Below are positions 37,756 through 46,848 of a stretch of DNA of 64,000 bases, one piece after another; positions within the stretch are counted from its first letter, which is position 1, and each line of letters opens with the position of its first letter. A program made the position numbers and the translations under genes. This stretch comes from Escherichia phage ECML-4. The stretch lies in sequence record JX128257; one strand, written 5' to 3'. The notes below the pieces were generated by a model. That model ran no database searches. It saw nothing but the letters and a program-made list of their open reading frames with translations, and was not told the origin of the DNA.

Positions 37756-38166
37756 ATGAAATCTATTACGTGTGATTACTGCGGTCAACCTGCCCAATAC
37801 GTCGGGTGTGATGTTGTATACCCCCACCGCCCCGACCTCCGCAATCTGAAGTTCTGGGTATGCTCGCCATGCGACGCTCGTGTGGGTTGCCATACCCATG
37901 GGGATGGTAGACAACCTCTGGGAAGGATGGCGAATGCCGCTCTCCGTGCTGCTAAGCAGGAAGCTCATAGATCGTTTGACCCTATCTGGAAAGGTGGGCA
38001 GAGGAGCAGGAGTGATGCTTACAGCTGGCTGGCTCATAATCTGGGGATCAAGAAGCGCGATTGCCATATCGGCTTGTTCGATATCGATATGTGCCGTAAA
38101 GTAGTCGCTGTGTGTAATCAACTAAAGGCACAAGATAATGTCAAAGGAAATACAAGAAGCATTTGA
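37756..38166 (+). CDS. Cys4 zinc-ribbon protein
   Basis: CDYCGQ...CSPCDARVGCH gives CxxC...CxxC(x4)C; basic C-terminal half. Confidence 0.45.
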   Translation: MKSITCDYCGQPAQYVGCDVVYPHRPDLRNLKFWVCSPCDARVGCHTHGDGRQPLGRMANAALRAAKQEAHRSFDPIWKGGQRSRSDAYSWLAHNLGIKKRDCHIGLFDIDMCRKVVAVCNQLKAQDNVKGNTRSI

Positions 38167-38389
38167 AAAATTATCTCAGGTAATGACCGACTGTAACCGC
38201 CGGAATTATTGTGATGAAGCGTATACCAAATTGAAAACTACTGTTGAAACCGAGCTGGCAGGTCTTTCCGTTTTCAAAGATATTCAGACCGAAGCGCTAT
38301 ATCTGTCGGATGAAGATTTAAGGCGTTGCCCCCGCAAGATTTACCAATTACTGGATCGTTTGGTGAAAGTGGGGGTGAATAATGGGTAA
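38138..38389 (+). CDS. Hypothetical small protein (83 aa)
   Basis: ORF overlapping its neighbours at both ends. Confidence 0.3.
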   Translation: MSKEIQEAFEKLSQVMTDCNRRNYCDEAYTKLKTTVETELAGLSVFKDIQTEALYLSDEDLRRCPRKIYQLLDRLVKVGVNNG

Positions 38390-39107
38390 TCGTGAAGGGA
38401 TTAAACTCACACCAGAACTTCTGAAGTCACATATTGCTGAAGTGATTTATGAAGACCGTGAAGTTGGTGGTCACCGCGTCATTACATGCCATTTCAAGAT
38501 GGACAATGGGTTCGTTGTGTGGGGTAAGAATAGTTCCACATCGGTAGACCCTGCCAACTTCGATGAAGAAATGGGCAAGCAGCTGGCCTATGAAAAGACC
38601 TTTTCTCAACTGTGGGAACTGGAAGCATATCGCGCGATGGTAGAAAAGCAGATCATTGATGTGTCTGCCGAAGATGCTAAGATCAACATTGATGAATATG
38701 TGTCAGAAAGGGAAGCGATACATGAGATGGGTGGTTCTGAATTTCTTAAGGGTAAAGGACAATCCATCGTGTTTCGTCATCCCAAAGATCCAAGTCGGGG
38801 ATTTCGCGTTGAATTTGTTCGCACCGATAATGAACGTTATAACGAACGACGTAATGGTGAGGCAAGATCTTTGGTGGAAGCGTATCTTCGCTCGTTCATG
38901 ACTTCTGAAGAACTAAATTCTGAACTTGTCTTGCGTTTGGCGAAAACGTGTAATGCTGCTTCAGGGGATTATCCGTGGTGTGACCTGTCAGAAGACAAAC
39001 GCCAAGCAGCCTGTGATCGTGTTAAGAAATTCTTGTTAGATCCAAAAGCCCAACCTGGCGATTCCGTAGGGGCACTGTATAGAGCCATTGTGGTGTCCTA
39101 CTTGTAA
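38382..39107 (+). CDS. Phage Gp49/Gp66-like domain protein with C-terminal extension
   Basis: N-terminal ITCHFKMDNGFVVWGKNSSTSVDPANFDEEMGKQLAYEKTFSQLWELEAYRA resembles the N4 Gp49-like family pattern. Confidence 0.4.
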   Translation: MGNREGIKLTPELLKSHIAEVIYEDREVGGHRVITCHFKMDNGFVVWGKNSSTSVDPANFDEEMGKQLAYEKTFSQLWELEAYRAMVEKQIIDVSAEDAKINIDEYVSEREAIHEMGGSEFLKGKGQSIVFRHPKDPSRGFRVEFVRTDNERYNERRNGEARSLVEAYLRSFMTSEELNSELVLRLAKTCNAASGDYPWCDLSEDKRQAACDRVKKFLLDPKAQPGDSVGALYRAIVVSYL

Positions 39108-39208
39108 TTCTTCAAAAGTCTTTCAAAATCAATAACGTCCGGCAAAATGCTGGGCGTTTCAATTAATAAGCCAAGGTATAATGGCCCAACTGAAAACGCG
39201 GGGGAATT

Positions 39209-39568
39209 ATGTCCGTTAAAATGAAAGGCGTTGAATTCAACGCATATTACAATGATGATGAATATTGGGTGAAGAACGCGTGGCATGACGATCATTGCGT
39301 CAAAGTCAACGGTGAATATCGTGAAGAACTCGATGAAAATATTCCCGACGACGCCGATGTGGTAATTGAATCAGGCACTGTTTATATCCCTGTAGAAGGT
39401 GAGAATGGTGCTGAAGAGAAAGATATTTCTCTGGTTAATCATTTCAAAACATGGCGAAAGCAAAAGAACTTTTCTTTCATTGTCGTAACTGTCAAGAAAG
39501 ACAAGTTGGCAGAAGTTCGTGAAGCCATGAGATGCATTCCTGGTGTCATAGAAGTGAAAGGCAACTGA
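39209..39568 (+). CDS. Hypothetical acidic protein (119 aa)
   Basis: ORF with ATG; no motif. Confidence 0.35.
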   Translation: MSVKMKGVEFNAYYNDDEYWVKNAWHDDHCVKVNGEYREELDENIPDDADVVIESGTVYIPVEGENGAEEKDISLVNHFKTWRKQKNFSFIVVTVKKDKLAEVREAMRCIPGVIEVKGN

Positions 39569-39570
39569 TT

Positions 39571-39741
39571 ATGCCTAAACCATTTATTCGTTCCGGAGTT
39601 GATTCTCTAGACTCCCAATTTAAGCCGAGCGAAGTTTTAATCCAACAAATTGAAACCAATCGTGAATTCATAGAACACATGTTGGCAAAGCCGGAAGGTG
39701 AAGCCGCTCAAACCACCAAAGAAGGTAATAACGATGATTGA
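39571..39741 (+). CDS. Hypothetical small protein (56 aa)
   Basis: Short ORF bridging to the vWA gene. Confidence 0.25.
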   Translation: MPKPFIRSGVDSLDSQFKPSEVLIQQIETNREFIEHMLAKPEGEAAQTTKEGNNDD

Positions 39742-41950
39742 ATCATTAACATTTAAAAATGCGGTAGCAACCGTCGCGCCGTCTAACCATGTAATCGTTG
39801 TGGATATCTCCGGTTCCATGTACCGTTCACTTCCTGAAGTTCGCAAGCATCTGAAGGAAAATCTCCCGTCTCTGGTTAAACCAGAAGATACCGTCAGCAT
39901 TCTTTACTTTTCATCCCGTGGTGATTTCGGTACGGTATTCGCTGGTCGTCAGATCAATAGCGCGACCGATCTCAGTGAAATCAATAAACTGATTGACCGC
40001 TTCCTGCAACCGTCCGGTTGTACGGGATTTGTAGAACCTCTGAAGTTGGCTGCTGAAACCGCGTTGAGCCTGAACAAACCTGGTTATGTCAATAACCTGG
40101 CGTTCATGACCGACGGCTATGACAACTGCTGGCGCTCTAATGAAATTCTGGCAGCAGCTGAAGTACTGCCCAAGGCGTTCGATAATGTTACATTCATCGA
40201 ATATGGCTGGTATTGTAACCGCGAACTTCTGGCTCTGATGTCCGAGCGTTCTGGCGCGACTCACGTGTTTGCCGAAGGTCAGACTGAATATCAGACCGAA
40301 CTGGAAAACGTACTGAAATCATCTACGCCGAAAGTGGTTGTTGATGTTCCCCTGGTTTACACTCATGCCATCTACGTTGAAAACGGCGTGGCAACTGTGC
40401 TAGCCGTACAACCCGATGAAGAACACCCGATTGGCCACGTCAGCATCCCTGAAAGCGTTTCTCAGCTGTGGGTTGTAAACCCTGACATGATCGACCAGCT
40501 GGATAATCTGGCAGACACCCAGGCGGCATACGTGCTGGCATTCTATGGCGTGTACACCATGGACGCCGATCTGGTCTGGGCCGCGCTGAAGAAGACGGGT
40601 GACGTCCGCTTCATCAAACAATACAGCAACTGTTTCACCAAGCAGGACTATTCCAACATCAAAGTCGATCTGACCCAGGCTATCGTGGATGAAACTCTGC
40701 GCGGCGTAGATGGCATCGATTACAATATGGTTCCAGCTGAAGATGCAACGACCATTGTTGATGTCTTGACCTACCTGGCCGAAGCCGATGTCTCTGTTGT
40801 CACTAAGCATCCGCTGTTCTCTTACAACAGTATCGGTCGCGGTACTGTGCAGAAAGTTGATGACACTGAAGACAAGCTGGCTGAACAAATCGCCGAAGCC
40901 AAAACCAAAGCAGAGCGTAAAGCGCTGGCTCTCAAACTGGCTGAGCACGAAGATTGGACACCGGAATTTACTCCGGTTGATGACAAAGGGATTGTCCCAA
41001 TTAGCAATCTGGTCTACAATTCAGAGCGCCCTAACATCAGCATTCAGACCGTTCAGCATGGGACGGTTGTTGTGCCGGAGTTCGTACAGAAGAAATATGA
41101 ACTCCCTGAAGAACTGGGAACCTGGCGTTATCGTAATTACACCATCGTCAAAGATGGAATCATCAACCTGAAGACGATGCCGATTACTGCCGAATCTCCG
41201 ATTGTCCGAGCTAAGGTTGTCCAAGATTTGATCGCCATGGGCGTTAATGTATTTGGTGGACCGGAAATCTTCATCGTTAATTTAGAAAGCGTTCCGATGG
41301 TCAACCGCGCCATGACCAAGAACATCAGTGCTGCCGAATTCTTCGCTGACAACGTTCGTCGCGAAGCGCTGAAGGCAAAACAGAAAGTTCTGAAATTCTA
41401 TCGTGATGAACTGGTTGGCAAAGGCAATGCAACTGGTCTGGCTTCTAAATATGGTAAAGAAGCCGCCGATTTCTTGTCGGCAAATGGCATTCGCGACTAC
41501 GGGTTCTCGCCGAAAACTACTTCTGTGGAATCAACCGATGTCTACATGAGCCGTGAGCTGAATGTGAAAATCAAAGGTGCTTCGTCGCTGCCGAGCATTG
41601 CGTCTGTTATCAAAAAGCAAGCAGATGGTAAAAAACTGAATGTCGCTGATCAGTTGATTGCCAATGCTCTGGCCGAATACGACGCTTTTGTTAAATCGCC
41701 AATGATCACCAGCGTACCTGAAGAGACTCAGAAAAAGCTGATTGAAAGCTGGATCGGAGACGCAGCAAAAGCGGCCATTAACGAAGTCCGCGCCCTGAAC
41801 AAAACGCTGTCTAAAGTCGTTTACGGCATCGTCGCTGGTCATGGTTGGTTCACTGATTTGGATCTGGAAGAGTCTACGATGGATGTAGAAGTTGATGGGG
41901 TGAAATACACCGTCACTGCCGAACTGGCCGAAAAAGAAATCAAAATCTAA
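39734..41950 (+). CDS. von Willebrand factor A (vWA) domain protein, 738 aa
   Basis: Complete MIDAS: DISGSM (DxSxS) and downstream MTDGYDN (T...D); AAGAAGG site; no adjacent AAA+ partner in the window. Confidence 0.6.
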   Translation: MIESLTFKNAVATVAPSNHVIVVDISGSMYRSLPEVRKHLKENLPSLVKPEDTVSILYFSSRGDFGTVFAGRQINSATDLSEINKLIDRFLQPSGCTGFVEPLKLAAETALSLNKPGYVNNLAFMTDGYDNCWRSNEILAAAEVLPKAFDNVTFIEYGWYCNRELLALMSERSGATHVFAEGQTEYQTELENVLKSSTPKVVVDVPLVYTHAIYVENGVATVLAVQPDEEHPIGHVSIPESVSQLWVVNPDMIDQLDNLADTQAAYVLAFYGVYTMDADLVWAALKKTGDVRFIKQYSNCFTKQDYSNIKVDLTQAIVDETLRGVDGIDYNMVPAEDATTIVDVLTYLAEADVSVVTKHPLFSYNSIGRGTVQKVDDTEDKLAEQIAEAKTKAERKALALKLAEHEDWTPEFTPVDDKGIVPISNLVYNSERPNISIQTVQHGTVVVPEFVQKKYELPEELGTWRYRNYTIVKDGIINLKTMPITAESPIVRAKVVQDLIAMGVNVFGGPEIFIVNLESVPMVNRAMTKNISAAEFFADNVRREALKAKQKVLKFYRDELVGKGNATGLASKYGKEAADFLSANGIRDYGFSPKTTSVESTDVYMSRELNVKIKGASSLPSIASVIKKQADGKKLNVADQLIANALAEYDAFVKSPMITSVPEETQKKLIESWIGDAAKAAINEVRALNKTLSKVVYGIVAGHGWFTDLDLEESTMDVEVDGVKYTVTAELAEKEIKI

Positions 41951-41994
41951 ATCTAATTGGCGGGGAAACCCGCCTTTACTTTCAGGAAATGAAT

Positions 41995-42306
41995 ATGAGC
42001 AACAAACCGACTTATGTTGATGTCATGCGCGATTTGGCCCAATACGCATGTGACAACCTGAACATGGAAACTTGGCGCAACGGCGATCATAAAGAAAAGT
42101 TCGATAATATCGACGACAACATCGATGCGTTGGCTCCTCTTCGGGCCAAGAGCGATCTCGGCGGTGATGATCTTGACATGATTGAACTCATCATGGAAGT
42201 TGAAGAACAATATGATGTTGAAATCAGTGATGACTGGGTAGGCAAACATGGTGATGATCCCACGCTCGGCGAATTAGCTGAATTGGTAGTTGCCCTCAGC
42301 AAGTAA
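41995..42306 (+). CDS. Acyl-carrier-protein-like protein with Asp in place of the phosphopantetheine-attachment Ser
   Basis: DLGGDDLDMIELIMEVEEQYDVEISDD aligns almost residue for residue with E. coli ACP helix II [27 protein letters not shown]; the DSL serine is D (codons gat gat ctt). Confidence 0.6.
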   Translation: MSNKPTYVDVMRDLAQYACDNLNMETWRNGDHKEKFDNIDDNIDALAPLRAKSDLGGDDLDMIELIMEVEEQYDVEISDDWVGKHGDDPTLGELAELVVALSK

Positions 42307-42314
42307 ACCAAAAG

Positions 42315-42345
42315 AATCCCCAATATTTATTGGGGATTTTTACTT
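42315..42345 (+). terminator. Rho-independent terminator (AATCCCCA-atatttat-TGGGGATT then TTTTACTTTT)
   Basis: 8-bp perfect stem plus T-run after the ACP-like gene. Confidence 0.65.
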
Positions 42346-42351
42346 TTAGGG

Positions 42352-42381
42352 GTTTACTTCTTCTAAAGAATATCCTATTAT
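42352..42381 (+). promoter_or_regulatory. Early promoter, sigma70-type (-35 GTTTAC, -10 TATTAT)
   Basis: Same GGGGTTTACTTCTTC module as at 23149; follows a terminator. Confidence 0.45.
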
Positions 42382-42426
42382 TCAATAACTGGCTAACGTG
42401 GGGTTGGCTAGAAAAGGAGATACAAA

Positions 42427-42666
42427 ATGAAACTACCAGGTCATATTGAAGTTTATATGCGGTTATACAAAGAAGGTAACGCCGCTGCTAAAGAACTACA
42501 CGAACTGATTTTGTCATACGGCGTTAAGTCTGTTACAGAAGTAAAGAACAACAAAATAGACGGCGAATATGTGTCAATCAATGGGCGTGGTCTGAAAACC
42601 AACCCAACATATTTTGTGGGTGTCCATTTAGACACAGGGAAAGAAGTCGTGGAGATCGTGGCATAA
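42427..42666 (+). CDS. Hypothetical small protein (79 aa)
   Basis: AAGGAGA site then ATG. Confidence 0.4.
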   Translation: MKLPGHIEVYMRLYKEGNAAAKELHELILSYGVKSVTEVKNNKIDGEYVSINGRGLKTNPTYFVGVHLDTGKEVVEIVA

Positions 42667-42905
42667 TGTCTAATAAGAAAGTTGAAACGACGGTAGAAAT
42701 TGATCGTAATTGGGGATTACTCCGCGCTAAAGGTTTTCGTCGTGTTTATATGACCAAGGAAGTTTATGTTCAGCGTCGCGACGTTATTATCAGCAAGAAA
42801 GGTAAAGAGTGGGTTGCTGAAGAAGTTGACATTGAAACAGGTGTCGTGGGCAAAGTAAAAGCGAAGGCGGCTATTTTGTTTGCTCTTCTGAAGCATATCA
42901 ATTAA
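42666..42905 (+). CDS. Hypothetical small protein (79 aa)
   Basis: Start overlaps the upstream stop (TAATG). Confidence 0.4.
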   Translation: MSNKKVETTVEIDRNWGLLRAKGFRRVYMTKEVYVQRRDVIISKKGKEWVAEEVDIETGVVGKVKAKAAILFALLKHIN

Positions 42906-42965
42906 TTCTATAAACTCCGGCGGGGTATGATTACCCCGCCTATTTGAAATTGCAGGAACTATATC

Positions 42966-43244
42966 ATGACAGATCAAAGAAGTATTGCTCGTTCGGAAAT
43001 CAAAGATATTATACAGAGCAAGACCAACGAAACTCATGCCCAATCCAGAATGTTATCTCGATTTGTTGAAATTAAGTTTGACATTGAAGAGAATAACAAT
43101 CAGAGAGCGCTGGAGGGGATGTTGGCGATTATCTTGCGCCATTTCACCGATTCAGCATATGACATGGATGATTTAACTCGTTTGTTGAACGCCCAGAATA
43201 TCGTTGGGACTTCTGTTCGTGAATTGCTGTTTAAGTCTGAATGA
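42966..43244 (+). CDS. Hypothetical small protein (92 aa)
   Basis: Hairpin then AGGAACTATATCATG initiation context. Confidence 0.4.
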   Translation: MTDQRSIARSEIKDIIQSKTNETHAQSRMLSRFVEIKFDIEENNNQRALEGMLAIILRHFTDSAYDMDDLTRLLNAQNIVGTSVRELLFKSE

Positions 43245-43281
43245 ACTAACTAAGGGATAACCCTATATCCCGAGGTGTGTC

Positions 43282-43731
43282 ATGTTTCTTACATCCTTTA
43301 TTGACTGGATGAATATCATAAATGGCCTGAGGATTCCTGTTGGGAATCTTGGGCTTTCTCGTTCTTCTATGCCGCAAATCGATACCGACAAACAAGAAGA
43401 TTTTCACAAATATCTTGAAGACAACGGCGTGTCCATAGATGCTGCGCAAGTGCCCATCAAAATGCTTCGTCTTACCCAGAACGAAATCAATAAAATGAAG
43501 GTCTGGAAGATCATGAAGCAAATCAGAAATAAGAAACCTATGGGTAGAGTTTGGGTGTCTTCTGACAATTACGTTGTTGACGGTTCTCACCGATTTGTCG
43601 CTGCGTTGAACATGGATGGTAAACAGCGCATGAAGGTCTACAAAGTTGATTTGCCTGCGATGGAATTCGTAAAACTCGCCAAACAATTTCATGGTGTGCG
43701 GTACAGAACGGTCAGCGATACCCGTTTCTGA
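43282..43731 (+). CDS. ParB-like nuclease domain (ParB/sulfiredoxin fold) protein
   Basis: VPIKMLRLTQNEI...YVVDGSHRFVAAL resembles the ParB N-terminal domain with its DG-HR motif. Confidence 0.45.
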   Translation: MFLTSFIDWMNIINGLRIPVGNLGLSRSSMPQIDTDKQEDFHKYLEDNGVSIDAAQVPIKMLRLTQNEINKMKVWKIMKQIRNKKPMGRVWVSSDNYVVDGSHRFVAALNMDGKQRMKVYKVDLPAMEFVKLAKQFHGVRYRTVSDTRF

Positions 43732-43810
43732 ATACGATAGTTTATTGAAACCCTTTACTCAACATGGTGAGTCGACTATCATTTTATCCAATGAAATAAG
43801 GAGAATCACC

Positions 43811-44500
43811 ATGAAACGTTTAATCCTCGGGGTTGTGCTGGCAGGTCTGGCATTACCCGCCGCCGCCAAGCTGAACTCCACAGGTGACAAACTGTGGTCT
43901 GATCTTTCCTACTGTGCTGGGTTCTCCCAGGCGGTCGCTATCGACAAGTCCGGTTCCATAGAGAATTTCGCTGAACTTTGGAACACGGGTAACGTCTCCA
44001 CTGCTGTTGTTAATGCTGGGATTGAGTTCAACCGTTACAAACAGGGAGCCTACAACTTGAAAGGCTACCTGAATGACGATGAATTTAACCGAGGAGGCAT
44101 GGAGGCTGGCGATCTCATCATGACTGGCCGTATGGGCACACAAGGCCGTATGACTGTAAGGCAATGCCGTTCTCTCCCCTCTCCGGCATTACAGAAGGGT
44201 GTGCAAATCGGGCGTCGACATTTGGATCTGATCAATGATGGCAACCAATGCATCAAGGTGTTTGAATATAGTGCCGACCAAGAATCAGATCGACGTTTGA
44301 AAAAGGAATGGCGGACACGTGCCCTTGGATTGAGAGCATGGCTCGTAGAAAACGATTATTACTACGAGGATCGTGTTCAGAACGGATTGAAAGATCTTTC
44401 TACTAATTTGTCTGTCAATCTAGACGACCCAAGGCTTTCGCGTGAACTCAAGCAAACACGGATTGACTGCGACAATATGATGAAGGAGAACGAAAGATGA
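43811..44500 (+). CDS. Secreted/periplasmic protein with cleavable signal peptide
   Basis: AAGGAGAA site; MKRLILGVVLAGLALPAAA then AKL is a typical Sec signal; several Cys in the mature part. Confidence 0.5.
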   Translation: MKRLILGVVLAGLALPAAAKLNSTGDKLWSDLSYCAGFSQAVAIDKSGSIENFAELWNTGNVSTAVVNAGIEFNRYKQGAYNLKGYLNDDEFNRGGMEAGDLIMTGRMGTQGRMTVRQCRSLPSPALQKGVQIGRRHLDLINDGNQCIKVFEYSADQESDRRLKKEWRTRALGLRAWLVENDYYYEDRVQNGLKDLSTNLSVNLDDPRLSRELKQTRIDCDNMMKENER

Positions 44501-44817
44501 GAAACATAATATTCTTGTTATTCTTTTCTATGTTGGCATCATTCCAAGTTGTGGCAACTCCGGCTAGCAAATTGAATATCTGTGCGGCCTGGTTGTCTAC
44601 TTATCAACAATTTCACCCTGATGATAAAGATACATCCATCCTTTTATCAGATTATGAAGGTGAGTTGAAACGCCTTGATCTCTACAGCGTGGATCAAATA
44701 GAGAATGCTTTGGATTTGCCAATGATGGAGTCCGCTGCCGACAATAGCAAACAGACGATCAAAGATCTGACTATGTGTCGGGAAATAGCGACTAATTTCG
44801 TTGGAAATCAAAGATAA
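44497..44817 (+). CDS. Small secreted protein with signal peptide
   Basis: MRNIIFLLFFSMLASFQVVA signal; start overlaps the upstream stop (ATGA); AAGGAG site. Confidence 0.45.
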   Translation: MRNIIFLLFFSMLASFQVVATPASKLNICAAWLSTYQQFHPDDKDTSILLSDYEGELKRLDLYSVDQIENALDLPMMESAADNSKQTIKDLTMCREIATNFVGNQR

Positions 44818-44867
44818 TTTTCAGGTTAAAATTTAACTTCCATTGAACTGAAAGGAAATACTTCGTG

Positions 44868-45830
44868 ATGATTATTACTAAAAAGATCGCCGAATCGATC
44901 GTTGAAAAGAATAAGATGTTCGCGCCCAACAAAGCAAAGGTCATTCTGATTCACGAAGACGGGCGCGTCATCTTCGCTGAGAAGTTTGAGCAGGGTTGTG
45001 CTTTCTGGTTCGCAGACACTATGCGCGAAAGCAAGCTGCAGGGCATCATCTATAAATTGACTCTGGTTGCCAAGCGCAATGACCAGGGTGATTGGGTTAC
45101 GGTCTGCGATTTCAGCTCTAAGGTTGAAACTAAACCCAAAACCCGCCAAGAAAGGATTTTAGAGGCTCAGGAAAAACTTCGAGTCGCTCGCACATCATCC
45201 GCGGAGAAGCCGGAAATCAAACCAGCCGTTATGCCTGTCACCAAACTGCCTCCAGTGAGTGAAAAATCTGTTGAGCAGTACGCCAAGAAGCGCAAGGGTG
45301 ACGGCATGTCTGTTTCTAAGATGTGTAAGATTGTTGAGCCTTTTAAGGGCCATTCTCCAAATGAGCCGAATCCAGTATCTGAATCCCAGCGTTTGGTAAA
45401 ACTGGAAGACGGCTATGTTGTGGGGAAGTTTGTCTCGACAGTAGAACCGTTCTGTCCAGATACAGCAAAAGTCAAATCGCTGGCTGAAAAAGTTCACGGT
45501 TCAGAATTCATCTCCCTGCGCGAACTCGAACCGCCTACCCGCCGCCGGATCGCAAATGAGTTATTTGTGTCCTTCAGACCTGACGGGAAGATCATCCTGT
45601 GTAAAGCCCTGCGGGATTCTCTACCTTGGACAACCTTGAACATGGTGGTGACACGCGACTTCAATAGATTCGGTATCATGCAAGGCAAGGATTACAACGT
45701 CAACCAGAGCGGCACTTACGTCAATCGTGCCATGTGTTCCAAGCTGGTCTTCCCTGAAGATACCGGAACCATACGTGTTCGTTTAGAATGGGATGAAACC
45801 CTGAACATGTATGTTGGTGATATAAAATAA
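44868..45830 (+). CDS. Hypothetical protein (about 320 aa)
   Basis: ORF; start ambiguous (GTG at 44865 or ATG at 44868). Confidence 0.4.
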   Translation: MIITKKIAESIVEKNKMFAPNKAKVILIHEDGRVIFAEKFEQGCAFWFADTMRESKLQGIIYKLTLVAKRNDQGDWVTVCDFSSKVETKPKTRQERILEAQEKLRVARTSSAEKPEIKPAVMPVTKLPPVSEKSVEQYAKKRKGDGMSVSKMCKIVEPFKGHSPNEPNPVSESQRLVKLEDGYVVGKFVSTVEPFCPDTAKVKSLAEKVHGSEFISLRELEPPTRRRIANELFVSFRPDGKIILCKALRDSLPWTTLNMVVTRDFNRFGIMQGKDYNVNQSGTYVNRAMCSKLVFPEDTGTIRVRLEWDETLNMYVGDIK

Positions 45831-45887
45831 TTCAATAACATTAGGGCGGTTATTATTAAACCGCCTTTTATTTGAGAGACCTATATC

Positions 45888-46559
45888 ATGGACAAATCTT
45901 ATCCTATCATCCTTGGTGCAGACCAAGGGAACCTGCGATTCTCTGAACCTTCCTATATTGCTTACGCCCGTGTTGGAGGGGCCAAATACGTGTATTGCCA
46001 ACATGACCATGGGCGTGGTACAGGCATCCTTCATTACACGGTGAATGACACGACGATGGTCCCTCTGAAGCCAGAAGACGTTGTGTTAGCGAGGCGGGTT
46101 TACATCGACTTCAACGCAATGGACAATAATGAAATTGATGCGCGTTATCATGCCATGAAAAGTATGGAAGGTCATGGGATTATCTATCGCGTTGATCACT
46201 TCGATGATTTCACTCAATCGATCGATTGGTTCGTTTCTGACAAAGTGATGGGCGAGCGGATCGTCACGACTCCGTGGGCACATACAGAACAACTCAGGGT
46301 TTCCACTGTTGCTTATGGAGAAGTAGACGCGTTGTGTCATAAATTCCGCATTTCGGTGACTTGTAATGAAGACCTTGGTGAAGAGATCCAATGGACCGCT
46401 GAATCACCACATTTTCGCGGACTTGAGATGCGTTCCGAAAGTCGTTCCCGTGCCGTAGTTCAGTTGGTCCTGTGGGCGTTCTACCAGCGCACCCCGTTCT
46501 CTTACATGGGACAGAAAGGAATTGATGAACTACTTAAATCCCACTCAGTGGAGGTGTGA
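45888..46559 (+). CDS. Hypothetical protein (223 aa)
   Basis: Terminator-like hairpin at 45849-45866 then a CTATATCATG start context. Confidence 0.4.
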   Translation: MDKSYPIILGADQGNLRFSEPSYIAYARVGGAKYVYCQHDHGRGTGILHYTVNDTTMVPLKPEDVVLARRVYIDFNAMDNNEIDARYHAMKSMEGHGIIYRVDHFDDFTQSIDWFVSDKVMGERIVTTPWAHTEQLRVSTVAYGEVDALCHKFRISVTCNEDLGEEIQWTAESPHFRGLEMRSESRSRAVVQLVLWAFYQRTPFSYMGQKGIDELLKSHSVEV

Positions 46560-46560
46560 T

Positions 46561-46848
46561 ATGTCCGGCGTATGGTGTGATGTATTATTAGTGAGATTTT
46601 CAAACGGGATGGATAACCAGATTATTTCATTCTTTTATCCTGTTCCCTTTTCTTCTATGGGTCTGACTGTCAAGCGCGTTCTTGACATAGAAGAAAAACT
46701 CAACGCCATGCCGTATATGGCGCGACCACACGTGCTGGGTTGTGAACTGTTAAACGAAATGATGATCGATGAGAATCTTGTTGAAACAATTATCACGCGT
46801 GAACAGATGAAAACCATACTGGCTCAGGGAGAACCCCATGTCGAATAA
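46561..46848 (+). CDS. Hypothetical small protein (95 aa)
   Basis: ORF immediately after the upstream stop. Confidence 0.3.
   Translation: MSGVWCDVLLVRFSNGMDNQIISFFYPVPFSSMGLTVKRVLDIEEKLNAMPYMARPHVLGCELLNEMMIDENLVETIITREQMKTILAQGEPHVE

Noticed and set aside
37510-38121. 203-aa minus-strand ORF overlapping the zinc-ribbon gene
   Set aside because: Overlaps a + strand ORF with a clear Cys4 motif and a terminator/start arrangement; the minus ORF is Ser/Pro/Ala-rich and low complexity.
39734-41950. vWA protein as a CobT-like cobaltochelatase subunit, as seen in some T4-like phages
   Set aside because: No CobS-like AAA+ ATPase is adjacent in this window and the vWA domain is N-terminal rather than C-terminal; left as a generic vWA protein pending a search of the full genome.
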